From a virus (Duplodnaviria; Caudoviricetes), in IMG/VR virus record IMGVR_UViG_3300037045_000297, positions 1-33,166 of that record: 33,166 bases of DNA. One strand, 5' to 3'. Numbering within the stretch: position 1 is the first letter of the stretch; the number at the start of each line of letters is the position of its first letter. The notes beneath the pieces were generated by a model. That model was not told the origin of the DNA and did not search any database. It was given only the letters and a program-made list of their open reading frames with translations. Shown piece after piece: positions 7,245-17,275 of the stretch. Both the position numbers and the translations under genes were made by a program.

Positions 7245-8801
7245 ATGCCTAAGAAGTTTATTCAAAGGCATAACAAGGCACTGACGGAGATCGCCTCAAA
7301 AACGATCTCCGTTTTGCCATTTATAGACGATAATCCAGAGGCTAAGGAAGATCGAATAGCCAGAACCAAAGGGGATGACTGGGATGCTTTCTCATTCTTT
7401 GCCAGAACCTATTTCCCTCATGTCTTTACCTTACCTTTCTGCCCAGCCCACGAGACGATGTTTGATGAAACTGATAAGAGCACAGGCATCATCTCTATCA
7501 CCGGTTTTCGTGGGTTGGGCAAAACGGTACTCATGGGTGTGGTCTATCCCATCTGGAAGATAATCAAGGGTGAACGTTATGTGATACATACTGCAGCCGA
7601 TGTCGATTTGGCGCAAGAACGTACTGCCTTTACCTTGCATGAGTTAATTAACAACCGAAGACTGTTATCTGACTTCTCGGAGCTGCAGCCGGTGGATACC
7701 CTGGATCTGGACTTCTATCTAAAGAATAAGACCCGCATCCGAGCCAGGAGTATCAAACAGTCCCACCGGGGAACCATCAATCCCAAAACTGCCAAGCGAC
7801 CGGGACTCTTGATCTGTGACGATATCGACAAAGAAGAGAACATGGGCAATCAATCCATCGGTAAGCGCAGAATGGAGAAGATCACCCAGGAGATTGCCGG
7901 TGCCTTGGACCCGGGACAACCCGGCAAGGTAATCTGGCTGGGGAACCTGGTACACCCCAATTATGCCATCTGCCAGTTCCTGAACCTCATAATAGACGAA
8001 ATAAAGGCAGAACACCCGGAAGTCGACTCCAATGTCGTATCTGTTCTGAAAACCCACCAAAAAACGATTTTGCGCTTTTCTTTGGAGAACCCTGACGGTA
8101 CATCAACCTGGGAAGAGCAGTATCCTACCACTACCTTACATAACCTGAGAGCCAAGTTCGGTAATACAGGCTACCAGAGAGAGATGTTGGGACAGCCGGT
8201 CATTGAAGGCAATATCTTCAAGCATCACTGGTTTACCAAGTATAGAACACTACCAATCCCCACTCAAATGAAACGGGTCTGGCTATATGCTGACCCGGCC
8301 TGGGGAGAGAAAGGCTGTTTTAAGGCAGTCATCTCCATCGGTTATGATGGTAATAAATTTTACGTTCTCAGTGTCTGGATACGTCAGACTGAGAATACCA
8401 AGTTCTTCCGGTATTACTATGATACCTATCAGGAATTGGACAGAACCTATAGAGTCAAGTTCAGATCAGCTATTGAAACAACCTATGGACAAGGGCGTAT
8501 CTTATCCGACTTTGACAGGTGGGCAACCGATAACCATTTACCACCCATTTCCCATAGGATCAAGCGCATCGATAACAAGGAAAACAAGAACCTGAGAATA
8601 GAGAGAACCGAGACGCTCATTGAAACTGCCAAAATCCTCTTCCCGGACGGGCAGGATACTCCCACCCTGATCAGTCAGTTCCTGACCTATCCTGATGGCT
8701 ATATCGATGGCTGTGATGCCTTGGCTGGATGTCTGGAACGTTTTTCCGAGTACGACATTGGCAGAAACAGAGTCAGGGTCAGGAGATATATCTTTAGATG
8801 A
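7245..8801 (+). CDS. terL: Terminase large subunit
   Basis: Walker A GFRGLGKT, Walker B LLICDDID, coupling motif LGN, nuclease acidic motifs YADPA and DGCDALA. Confidence 0.92.
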   Translation: MPKKFIQRHNKALTEIASKTISVLPFIDDNPEAKEDRIARTKGDDWDAFSFFARTYFPHVFTLPFCPAHETMFDETDKSTGIISITGFRGLGKTVLMGVVYPIWKIIKGERYVIHTAADVDLAQERTAFTLHELINNRRLLSDFSELQPVDTLDLDFYLKNKTRIRARSIKQSHRGTINPKTAKRPGLLICDDIDKEENMGNQSIGKRRMEKITQEIAGALDPGQPGKVIWLGNLVHPNYAICQFLNLIIDEIKAEHPEVDSNVVSVLKTHQKTILRFSLENPDGTSTWEEQYPTTTLHNLRAKFGNTGYQREMLGQPVIEGNIFKHHWFTKYRTLPIPTQMKRVWLYADPAWGEKGCFKAVISIGYDGNKFYVLSVWIRQTENTKFFRYYYDTYQELDRTYRVKFRSAIETTYGQGRILSDFDRWATDNHLPPISHRIKRIDNKENKNLRIERTETLIETAKILFPDGQDTPTLISQFLTYPDGYIDGCDALAGCLERFSEYDIGRNRVRVRRYIFR

Positions 8802-9673
8802 ACTACTATGACCAGGTTATGCTTGAATATTACCGGGTGTTGAATAATGCTTGGAAGACCGAAGTCAGAGATGCTGCCAGGTTAGCTATCCAGATGCTGA
8901 GTGATATGCCAAGAACAGAAAAAGTAAACAAAAACCAGATAGATAAGATGATGGACATCATCAATACCAAGTTAGGAGACGACTTCTCAGCTCAGGTCAA
9001 TGAACCGACCAAAGCCTACATCGACCGCTGTATTAGACTGGGACTCAGGGATACGCAGGTTCAGGCACCAGTTAAGATATCCGTTGGACTCTGGGGAATA
9101 GAAGAACAGCACTTATCATCCACCATCCAGAAACAGCAGATCTTCTGGCTGGGTAACCATTTTGAGGCTGATATCCGACAAAACTTCGCAGACGTGCTCA
9201 CTCAAGCCATACAACAGGGCTATACCAAAGAAATGCTCACTGAGACCCTAAAACAGCAATTCAGTGACATCGTAGATAAGTCTCAAGCATACTGGCAGGG
9301 CTTGGCTGAGCATACGGCTCTCAGGATAAGAGAATTTGGCAGACTGCAGGGATACAAGAAAGCCCAAGCTAAGTACTACAAGTTAGTAGTTATCCTGGAT
9401 GACCGCACCAGTGACATCTGCCGGGCTCTGGCAGCCCAGGACAAGGTTTATCCCTTAAACGATGCAGTAGAAGTAATGGATAACCTGATGGCTTTGGATA
9501 CCAAATCCAGTAGCTTGGATGATGCTCGGGAGTACATCAAAGCCTTAGCCCCTTGGGTTAAGAATGACCAGATAGTCTATAACAACCAGGATGAGCCGAT
9601 TGGTGTTTCAGGAGCACACACTCCCTTCCCGCCATTTCATTGGAAGTGCAGGACGACTACTATAATTGTCTAA
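8798..9673 (+). CDS. MuF / SPP1 gp7-like head morphogenesis protein
   Basis: DDRTSDICRAL and PPFHWKCRTT signature motifs. Confidence 0.9.
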   Translation: MNYYDQVMLEYYRVLNNAWKTEVRDAARLAIQMLSDMPRTEKVNKNQIDKMMDIINTKLGDDFSAQVNEPTKAYIDRCIRLGLRDTQVQAPVKISVGLWGIEEQHLSSTIQKQQIFWLGNHFEADIRQNFADVLTQAIQQGYTKEMLTETLKQQFSDIVDKSQAYWQGLAEHTALRIREFGRLQGYKKAQAKYYKLVVILDDRTSDICRALAAQDKVYPLNDAVEVMDNLMALDTKSSSLDDAREYIKALAPWVKNDQIVYNNQDEPIGVSGAHTPFPPFHWKCRTTTIIV

Positions 9674-9677
9674 GGGG

Positions 9678-10535
9678 TTAACTAGTTCTTCTATGTTGAT
9701 TGATAAGTATTGTATTGAGTCTTTTTAAGTCTCGCATATTAAGATCTTTTAGAGATGATATTGGGGATTTTAAGGGTATGTTTTGATAAGCGATATGATA
9801 AAGCTCTTCCTTCTCAATTCCTAAGGTCTTTGCTCTTGCATAAATGGAAGTGTAAAGCTTTTTCTTCCACAATTCAGGATCTTTCTTACGAATTGAAGGC
9901 ATTGCCATATTAATCTGGGTATGTAAGTAATTGATAGCATCATCACCAAGTTCAAGTGGTATCAATTCATACTTGGTAACTTTAAACCTATTTTTTAATG
10001 AACTCCATACTTCTGCACGAGCTTTAGCCATAGAATAACCGGCAGATTGTTTCATTTCACAGAGTTCTTTAACCAGTATCGATAACTTAACTGCTGTCTC
10101 AGTTGTTATATACTTTCCTCCAGCATCGTATAAGACGTTAGTCTGGTGAACCACCTTAGGATTAATATTAATGTCTCGACCTGCAACTACATTCTTATTA
10201 CCTATTACTGAAATAACATTTGAACTTTCTCCCAGAGTGTTTGTTACTGGGATAAATGAGCCTTCAGCAACTTGTTGGTAGAGATGGTCACGTAAACGTT
10301 TAAGTTCTTCAGTTGTAAATTTTTGACCTTTAGGATGGTTTGGATTGTAATGCCCAACTTCAGCATGGCAATTAAAGCAAAGAGCAATGCAATTATCATA
10401 ACTATCATCGCCACCTTCTGCTAAAGGGACTATGTGATGAGTCTCTATCTTAGTTCCCAAGTATTTTCTACATAGACAGCAGTTCCTTCCAGAAGCTTTC
10501 AAGGCTTGTTTCTTAACTGATTTATTAAAAGCCAT
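9678..10535 (-). CDS. HNH endonuclease fused to C-terminal helical domains
   Basis: CCLC..ETHHIVPLAEGGDDSYDNCIALCFNCH zinc-HNH; C-terminal half resembles ORF6C and the GemA N-terminus by eye. Confidence 0.85.
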   Translation of the reverse strand: MAFNKSVKKQALKASGRNCCLCRKYLGTKIETHHIVPLAEGGDDSYDNCIALCFNCHAEVGHYNPNHPKGQKFTTEELKRLRDHLYQQVAEGSFIPVTNTLGESSNVISVIGNKNVVAGRDININPKVVHQTNVLYDAGGKYITTETAVKLSILVKELCEMKQSAGYSMAKARAEVWSSLKNRFKVTKYELIPLELGDDAINYLHTQINMAMPSIRKKDPELWKKKLYTSIYARAKTLGIEKEELYHIAYQNIPLKSPISSLKDLNMRDLKRLNTILINQHRRTS

Positions 10536-10596
10536 AACATCCTCTTCGCTTTTTGATAGATTTGGCTTTGCCTTTTCTAGGCCTATTTAGAATTCA

Positions 10597-11451
10597 TTAG
10601 AAGTCTAGTAGATCAATAGGTAGATCACTAATATCTCTTAAGCGTTTCCCCTTGATGAGAAGGTTAAGCATATCAAGAGATCCTTCATCCTTTAATTCCT
10701 TAGCAACTTCCATCATTTCATATAAAGCAAAGTGGTATACGCAATCTATATCACCCGTACCAAGAGCAACAGATGCTATTCTATTGGGATATGGTTCAGC
10801 TGTAACTAACATTATATGGGGAGTATGTCCTTTTCGATTTCTGATTAGGTTTAAGCCCTCGGTTCTTGCATTTTGAGACCGGTCGCTTCTTAATGTCCAC
10901 TTACAAGATATGCTTGCGTGTAGAATTTCAAAGTCTGTGTTATTAACTAGTCTCATAGGAGTTAGTCGAGATGTTGATTTATCGATAATACACTTGGTTT
11001 TGTTTATCTGTTCATCTGTTAATGGTTTGACACCCAACACAATATCAGGTTTGATTATATAGTCTCCAAGGATGGTTTTGAGTTCAGGATGCTCTGACAT
11101 TGCATTATCGAGCTGAATGATATGTTCATATTGTTCAAATTTTGATATTTCTCTTTGCGTATAGAGAGAATATTCATGAGAAATCTGGTCTTTTACTTCA
11201 ATAAGACAATTCCTGATATAATCTAATGTTACATTTTCAAACTGCTTACCTGTCGTTTGACCCGGATTATGTCCAGCTTTTGTTTCAGCTATGATTTTCT
11301 CAACAATTCCTTTTGCAATATACACACTAATCTTACTGCTCTTATCTGCATTGTTTGGAATCCCTTGTTCATTTACAACCAACACTTGATGGAAGATATC
11401 TTTGTGATAAGCTATACGATGCTTTTGCAAGCTAAGAATTTTCTTTTTCAT
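10597..11451 (-). CDS. NgoMIV-family type II restriction endonuclease
   Basis: IKPDIV...LHASISCKWTLRSDRSQNARTE, VTAEP.PNRIASVALGTGDIDCVYHFALYE, KRLRDISDLPIDL. Confidence 0.9.
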   Translation of the reverse strand: MKKKILSLQKHRIAYHKDIFHQVLVVNEQGIPNNADKSSKISVYIAKGIVEKIIAETKAGHNPGQTTGKQFENVTLDYIRNCLIEVKDQISHEYSLYTQREISKFEQYEHIIQLDNAMSEHPELKTILGDYIIKPDIVLGVKPLTDEQINKTKCIIDKSTSRLTPMRLVNNTDFEILHASISCKWTLRSDRSQNARTEGLNLIRNRKGHTPHIMLVTAEPYPNRIASVALGTGDIDCVYHFALYEMMEVAKELKDEGSLDMLNLLIKGKRLRDISDLPIDLLDF

Positions 11452-12683
11452 TTATCCTTCCTAAAATCGATTATAAACTCTGTATGCATGCGGGATTCTA
11501 TTTGGGAATTAGTCTTTACACCATTAGAAACTGGCATCATACGTTTATCCCGATCAATATCTCTTTCTTGTATATTATCTAGTATAAGACCAAGTGATTG
11601 AGCAATTTCTATTAAACACTCATGAGTTAATACGTCTATACCATTGATGACGGAAGATGCTACAACTAAAATGGCATGCTTACCGGGTTTCAGTGCTCGC
11701 CTTATCTGCTCCAACATAAATAACATGTCAGAAAAGTATTTTTCAAGCCTTCTACCCTTAGAATTATCTTTCCCCATTATTGTTTCTATGGTGTTTAAAG
11801 TTCTGACTGGCAACTGATATGAATTTCTACTTAATGCCAGTTCACCAATCATATGTTTTCTGATCTCAGCTAGTTGTTCGATGCTATAACCTAGCCATAC
11901 TAGTGCAAACTTATGCGCTCTTAAGTAATCAATAGCGTTATTAGCATAGGGTGGCGAAGTCACAACAAGATCTACTGAATTACTGTCCAAAGATAGTGTT
12001 CTTGCATCCCCATGGATCAAAACGGGTGCATTCTGTTTATTAATTTGATAGTAAAGTCCATAGTCTTTTATTATACTACTATATTTTTTCTCGAATTCAT
12101 CAATAGGAAGTACTATTTTTTTGCTTGAGACCTTATGTGGTCTAGTATGTGCAAGATCAGCAGCATAACATATATTTCCATGCTTAGTGATAACAGTAGC
12201 CGATAACACTAAGCAAAAAAAATCTCTGATTTGCTCATTTGATATAGATAATATATTGTTAGATAAAGCTAATAACTGATTAATGCTGTCTTGTGGGAAC
12301 CAATATCTAATGAATTCTTTAGTTTTTTCGGTGAACCTCGTCTCAAACATCTGATTTAAAGCTTTGGATTTATCTACAATAGAATTCACTATTCTACTAT
12401 GTTCATCTATTATGTCTTGAAGCGAAGCAGTACAGAACTTACCCTTAATATTAATTATTGATAGGGGGTCAACATCAAATCCGACTGATTTTCTATTTAA
12501 TCTCTGAGCCTCAATTAAAGTTGTACCTGACCCTGACATTGGATCGAATACCAAGTCACCCTTTTTAGTAAAAAAATTTATGTAAGTTTCTGGAATGTCA
12601 GGGGGATACTTGGCAGGGAAAGAATGCCAGCGATGTCTCGTGTCTATGCTTTTATTATTCTTTTCTTTGTTTAGTTTATCCAA
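11448..12683 (-). CDS. Amino-DNA methyltransferase (probably m4C, alpha motif order), cognate of the REase
   Basis: Motif I DPMSGSGTT precedes motif IV VVTSPPY; overlaps the REase start by 4 nt; TTG start. Confidence 0.88.
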   Translation of the reverse strand: MDKLNKEKNNKSIDTRHRWHSFPAKYPPDIPETYINFFTKKGDLVFDPMSGSGTTLIEAQRLNRKSVGFDVDPLSIINIKGKFCTASLQDIIDEHSRIVNSIVDKSKALNQMFETRFTEKTKEFIRYWFPQDSINQLLALSNNILSISNEQIRDFFCLVLSATVITKHGNICYAADLAHTRPHKVSSKKIVLPIDEFEKKYSSIIKDYGLYYQINKQNAPVLIHGDARTLSLDSNSVDLVVTSPPYANNAIDYLRAHKFALVWLGYSIEQLAEIRKHMIGELALSRNSYQLPVRTLNTIETIMGKDNSKGRRLEKYFSDMLFMLEQIRRALKPGKHAILVVASSVINGIDVLTHECLIEIAQSLGLILDNIQERDIDRDKRMMPVSNGVKTNSQIESRMHTEFIIDFRKDK

Positions 12684-12740
12684 ATCATTATCGTCCTATC
12701 TATTAAATCATCGGAGTTATCTTCTACCAAATGTGATAAT

Positions 12741-12746
12741 TGTCAA
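12741..12746 (-). promoter_or_regulatory. -35 box of putative RM operon promoter
   Basis: TTGACA on the minus strand about 60 bp upstream of the MTase; -10 match is poor. Confidence 0.4.
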
Positions 12747-12799
12747 TACCAAACTAAGTGAGTCCCTGTGACTCTCAAACTTTTTCAGGAGCTATTGAT

Positions 12800-12830
12800 A
12801 AAAAAGCCCAAGGATTATCCTTGGGCTTTT
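12800..12830 (-). terminator. Intrinsic terminator (possibly bidirectional)
   Basis: AAAAGCCCAAGGA-TTA-TCCTTGGGCTTTT perfect stem just past the stop of the 1472-aa gene. Confidence 0.88.
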
Positions 12831-12845
12831 AGTTATATAATGTCG

Positions 12846-15800
12846 CTATTTAAGCATCATCACTTTATGTGTATCAACTTTATTACCAATACCAATTCGC
12901 ACTAAGTAGAGCCCTGAACTTACTGCCCTACCGTTATTATCCTTCCCGTCCCACACAATCCGATGACTGCCTTTTGGAATTTCATTATTGATAAGATCTT
13001 TTACCCGCTGTCCTTTTACATTATAGATTGCCATATCCACTTTGCTTTTTACTGGAATATAGTAAGCTATTGTTGTTGTTGGATTAAATGGATTAGGGTA
13101 GCTGGCTGTTATACTAGGCTTTGCAGGTATTAGATTATTGTAGTCTTCCTCATGTTTATTCATTAAGTCATACAACAAAGCCCAATGCTCATCATGTTTC
13201 TGACTGAAAGTCGGCAGATCAGGATACTTGTATTGTTGATACTTAGTTGTTATCACCTGCTTAGGAGCATCTAAATCATATAATTGCAGGATTATTTCCA
13301 AGTCAAGAACCGCCAACAATGAGTCAATTTCACTGGAGGGATTATCAATGCGGAGTTGAATCAGATTGATTGCATTCTGATACTCCTCATCCTCGATATA
13401 GGATTTTGCTAAGTAATCTTTGAGCAAGGCTGCTAATTGCGGGTCATCCACAGCATATTGTATAGCTTTTAGATCAAAATAACCAGATTTTACCCAATTT
13501 ACATTGTTATTGAAATAGGCTAAACGATATATTCCATCAGCAGCTATAGGTAAAAACCTTTTTTCCTCAGGTAGAGGATCATCCAATATTGCTTTATACA
13601 AATCAAATGCTTGTTCATTCAATGCCTGAGCTTCAAAAGTTAAAGCATTATTAATCCTGTCATCTATGTCAGGAGGTGGTGCTGGCATACTATTTGATGG
13701 ATCATATACTTCAACGAAAACATATCCTCGATATGGAGCATTTACTCTACAATCAGAATCCTGAAACCAATTTCGGCTGGCATCGATTCTATGCTCAGGA
13801 AGGACGTTTCCATTGTAGTAATTACCATCAAAATTGAAATCATAGGCAATATATCCTGTTTGATTCTCAAAATAGTGATAAAAGTCATTGTGTCCTCTTA
13901 TCAATTGAATAGTAGCTTCATAAGGCTGCTGGTCATAGAATTCGATATTATTTACCCGATTATGGAATACGTTATTAGCGTTTCTGCTTAAATTTAAATT
14001 TGATTTCGCATGATTCACAATACCATTCTGATTTAGATTGAAATAACTAGTTTCAATCCTATGATTTGATCCTCTGCTCTCAATACCAGTATCAGCATTA
14101 TAGAAATCTGAATTATAAACTCCGTTCATGTACCATATTTCTGGAGCAACTGATAATTCAGTGACAATGCCTTTAGATCCGTTTGTAAAATGACACTCAT
14201 TGATGTAAGGAGTCGCTGCAGACAATCTGACACCGATTCCATTCAAGTTGAAATTGCAGTATTCTATTTTGGGTACATAGTTCTTGCTAATTGCCTTTAT
14301 ACCCTCAGTACAATTAACAAAATGACAGTAAGCTATACTATCTCTTTCGCTAATATTAGATGCTTTTGAAACTCCAAATAAGAGATTCTGAAAATTCACA
14401 TTATGCAGAATTATTCGATTTCTCATTTGCCAAATCAAGATCCCTTTAGAGTTCGTATTGGAGTTTCCTGTGAACCCCTTCCCTTGCACAGAATTGATGA
14501 TTTGAGTAGCGAAACCTGAATTTGGATTGTTTAAGATCAAACCATAAGCATTTTCGGGCACACTGAAATTGCTATTTGACACTAAAAGATTGCTATTAGT
14601 TACATTATGGCTAAAAGCACCCTTCAATTCGGTATTACTCAGGATTATCGTACTTGATTGAGATGCCCTTAAACCACCCCACCTTAGGGTATTATTCTGT
14701 TTATTCCATATTCCACCTTCAACACTCAGTGATCCTCCATTCACTTCAATTAATACACCTTCTCCAAAGAAACACCGGGCATTGTCAAAATTCAGATTTC
14801 CATTAGGAGCAACAGAAATGTGAACACCTGCTTCGACAATCACACTGTCTCTGAATGTGAATGAAGCTCCTTCTGAAATGTTTATCCAACAATTACTTTT
14901 TATCCTAGTGGTTGTTCCATCTAACATAGTTACCTGTGTACCTGGTGATAAATTAATATTACCTTCCAAAACAACCCTATGAGCTAGTATAGCATTTGTA
15001 TTAACTTCTTGGGGCAGAGTTGAAATCATATCTAGTAGTTTGCCATCACCTGGTCCTATGGGTACTCTGATGTCCTGAGTGTTTTCAGTATTGTAGTAAA
15101 TAATATCATCATAAGGATCATGCATGGCTAGATGGGTTCCGAAATGAGTATATGCTTGACTGCTGGGAGTAAAAATCACAGCTTGATATGGAGCTGGCTC
15201 GAAACAATTGTCAAAGTTGTCATTATTAGTTGTTTGAGGATTATAACCGGGTCTTACATAATTCGCTCTTCTATTTACGATCATAAAACTTGGATCCTGG
15301 CTATCTTTGTAAACACCGCATTGAATGTATCCTCTGTAGATACCATTTTGCACAAATTCAATGTATGCATTGTCTAACATAACCGTAGATATTGGCATTA
15401 CGGAAGGATCAGGATTAGTAGATATGTTTAGTTTCCCGGCAAACTGCCATGCTCTTTGATTTATAAGCTTACCATAAATGCTTATCTTGGAATTAGCTTC
15501 CTGCAAAGCATAATAATTACTTAAACGATCATAATTTTCTGCTGAATTACCAGGATAACGGAATTTTACTGGATTAAATTCAACTATATCTGTTGATGTA
15601 GGTTCGTATGCTGTTACAAATCGGTAATCCATAATTCCGTTTGCACCATAGCATAAAGGTAAATATTGCAACATTTTTTGTGTCTCTGCTGGTGGGCGTA
15701 TCCATGAGTACCAATTTTGAGTACTTCTCTTCCATTGTCCAAAAGTTTGCACGATTGGTATAAACCGCATTCCAGGCGAACTTATGGTTGCCTCCTTGCA

Positions 15801-17264
15801 TTGCTTGTATTTCGCACAGACTCTATCATCCAGAATATTCTGAATAAAATTTGGACTATTAAAATCTGAGTCCCATATTACTCCTGGTCTGAGTGGATAA
15901 ACATCTGGTGCAATAATATTGGGATCAACATAATCTATAAATGCTTTTTGGTGTTGATAATATTTCTCCATAGGATCGGTTGAACCTGGAGATTTTACCA
16001 TACTCTTTCTGTATTCATAACTTGCTGTAAATATAGTGGGATTAGTACCTGAAATGCCGTTTTGTACCCTTTTGTAGGAATCGAACTGGGGTTGGTGAGG
16101 TTCGTCGAAGCTGTAAAAATATCTAATGTTGTTTCCTGGTGCTAGATTTTTTATATAGTTTATTCGATTGTTTAGATACTGATTGGTTAGTGTCTCTTCA
16201 GTTCTCATTTTTTCATGGATACTGTCTTCCATTTCGATATAGTCTAACACAAGATCACTATTTCCGTACCAATAAAGCCTGGGAATGATGTTTGATAGAG
16301 AATATCTGCCTGGTAGCTGTTCATCTCCGGTCAACATGCCAAGATTTTTTAAGGTTAGTAACCTGATCTTTAAAACTATGAGTTTGTTACCAAAGCCATC
16401 TACTGGAACACCAGTTCTATCATAATCATATTGTGTTAGAATGGTTTGCGTTCCCTCCTCTTCAGCTTGTATATTTATATGGGGGATCTCCACAAAATTA
16501 CCACTCCAGTCATATCCACATAGTTCAAAGCGAAGTAAATCAATAGGATTAGCCTCATTCCGGTCGAAATTATCCAGTGTTAAAGCAAAAGTAAAATAAA
16601 CGTATGTATTTTGCATCATATGATTGTTTAAGGTTGTGTCATAATAGAAGTTTAAAAACTGACCTTCTTCTCCAAGCCTGCTATAAGTTGTGCTGTTCTC
16701 ATTTCTCCATCTAAAATATGTGTCATTATATGCGTACCCTTCAGTGTTACTTGGGTTGCGATTGCATTTCCAACCATGTTCATTAGATTTACCTTCAATG
16801 TATTCCTGAAATCCAATTCGAATAATTTCACCAATATTATTCGTTGTTCTTGAACTATAATAGAGCTGATCGTTTTTATGATCATCGCCAACTATGTCAG
16901 AATCAGCAAAATATTCTGCTTCATATCTTTTGTAATTTGAAAGAGATAAATTGTGGGTCGTGTATTTACTGTTGGATTGGAACGCGTCCCAACTCTTATC
17001 AATCATGATAGCATCGATAGATCGTGCATCCATAGCATTGAGCATTGATGTCACTGCAGGAAGATTGGTAGGAGTCTCATGCTCATTGCGTATCTGGACG
17101 ATAGTGCTATTATACCCACACTGCTGCATAAAATCAAACATAAGAGTCGGGTTATAGTAGCTCCAATAAGTGTAGTTACCATTTACGAAATCATCCGAAT
17201 GTTTGGCTGACATTGTGAACCAAACCACTAATACAATGACTAGTATGAAGAGCTTTTTCTTCAT
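12846..17264 (-). CDS. Large secreted protein: signal peptide, possible glycoside-hydrolase-like barrel, right-handed beta-helix, C-terminal T9SS/FlgD-Ig domain
   Basis: MKKKLFILVIVLVVWFTMSA signal; Asn/Gly-rich beta-helix-like repeats; C-terminal YPNPFNPTTTI...IYNVKGQRVKDL...VWDGKDNNGRAVSSGLY. The barrel call (SFDEP, DVYP, YGANGI) is tentative. Confidence 0.85.
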   Translation of the reverse strand: MKKKLFILVIVLVVWFTMSAKHSDDFVNGNYTYWSYYNPTLMFDFMQQCGYNSTIVQIRNEHETPTNLPAVTSMLNAMDARSIDAIMIDKSWDAFQSNSKYTTHNLSLSNYKRYEAEYFADSDIVGDDHKNDQLYYSSRTTNNIGEIIRIGFQEYIEGKSNEHGWKCNRNPSNTEGYAYNDTYFRWRNENSTTYSRLGEEGQFLNFYYDTTLNNHMMQNTYVYFTFALTLDNFDRNEANPIDLLRFELCGYDWSGNFVEIPHINIQAEEEGTQTILTQYDYDRTGVPVDGFGNKLIVLKIRLLTLKNLGMLTGDEQLPGRYSLSNIIPRLYWYGNSDLVLDYIEMEDSIHEKMRTEETLTNQYLNNRINYIKNLAPGNNIRYFYSFDEPHQPQFDSYKRVQNGISGTNPTIFTASYEYRKSMVKSPGSTDPMEKYYQHQKAFIDYVDPNIIAPDVYPLRPGVIWDSDFNSPNFIQNILDDRVCAKYKQCKEATISSPGMRFIPIVQTFGQWKRSTQNWYSWIRPPAETQKMLQYLPLCYGANGIMDYRFVTAYEPTSTDIVEFNPVKFRYPGNSAENYDRLSNYYALQEANSKISIYGKLINQRAWQFAGKLNISTNPDPSVMPISTVMLDNAYIEFVQNGIYRGYIQCGVYKDSQDPSFMIVNRRANYVRPGYNPQTTNNDNFDNCFEPAPYQAVIFTPSSQAYTHFGTHLAMHDPYDDIIYYNTENTQDIRVPIGPGDGKLLDMISTLPQEVNTNAILAHRVVLEGNINLSPGTQVTMLDGTTTRIKSNCWINISEGASFTFRDSVIVEAGVHISVAPNGNLNFDNARCFFGEGVLIEVNGGSLSVEGGIWNKQNNTLRWGGLRASQSSTIILSNTELKGAFSHNVTNSNLLVSNSNFSVPENAYGLILNNPNSGFATQIINSVQGKGFTGNSNTNSKGILIWQMRNRIILHNVNFQNLLFGVSKASNISERDSIAYCHFVNCTEGIKAISKNYVPKIEYCNFNLNGIGVRLSAATPYINECHFTNGSKGIVTELSVAPEIWYMNGVYNSDFYNADTGIESRGSNHRIETSYFNLNQNGIVNHAKSNLNLSRNANNVFHNRVNNIEFYDQQPYEATIQLIRGHNDFYHYFENQTGYIAYDFNFDGNYYNGNVLPEHRIDASRNWFQDSDCRVNAPYRGYVFVEVYDPSNSMPAPPPDIDDRINNALTFEAQALNEQAFDLYKAILDDPLPEEKRFLPIAADGIYRLAYFNNNVNWVKSGYFDLKAIQYAVDDPQLAALLKDYLAKSYIEDEEYQNAINLIQLRIDNPSSEIDSLLAVLDLEIILQLYDLDAPKQVITTKYQQYKYPDLPTFSQKHDEHWALLYDLMNKHEEDYNNLIPAKPSITASYPNPFNPTTTIAYYIPVKSKVDMAIYNVKGQRVKDLINNEIPKGSHRIVWDGKDNNGRAVSSGLYLVRIGIGNKVDTHKVMMLK

Positions 17265-17275
17265 CTTATCCTCCT

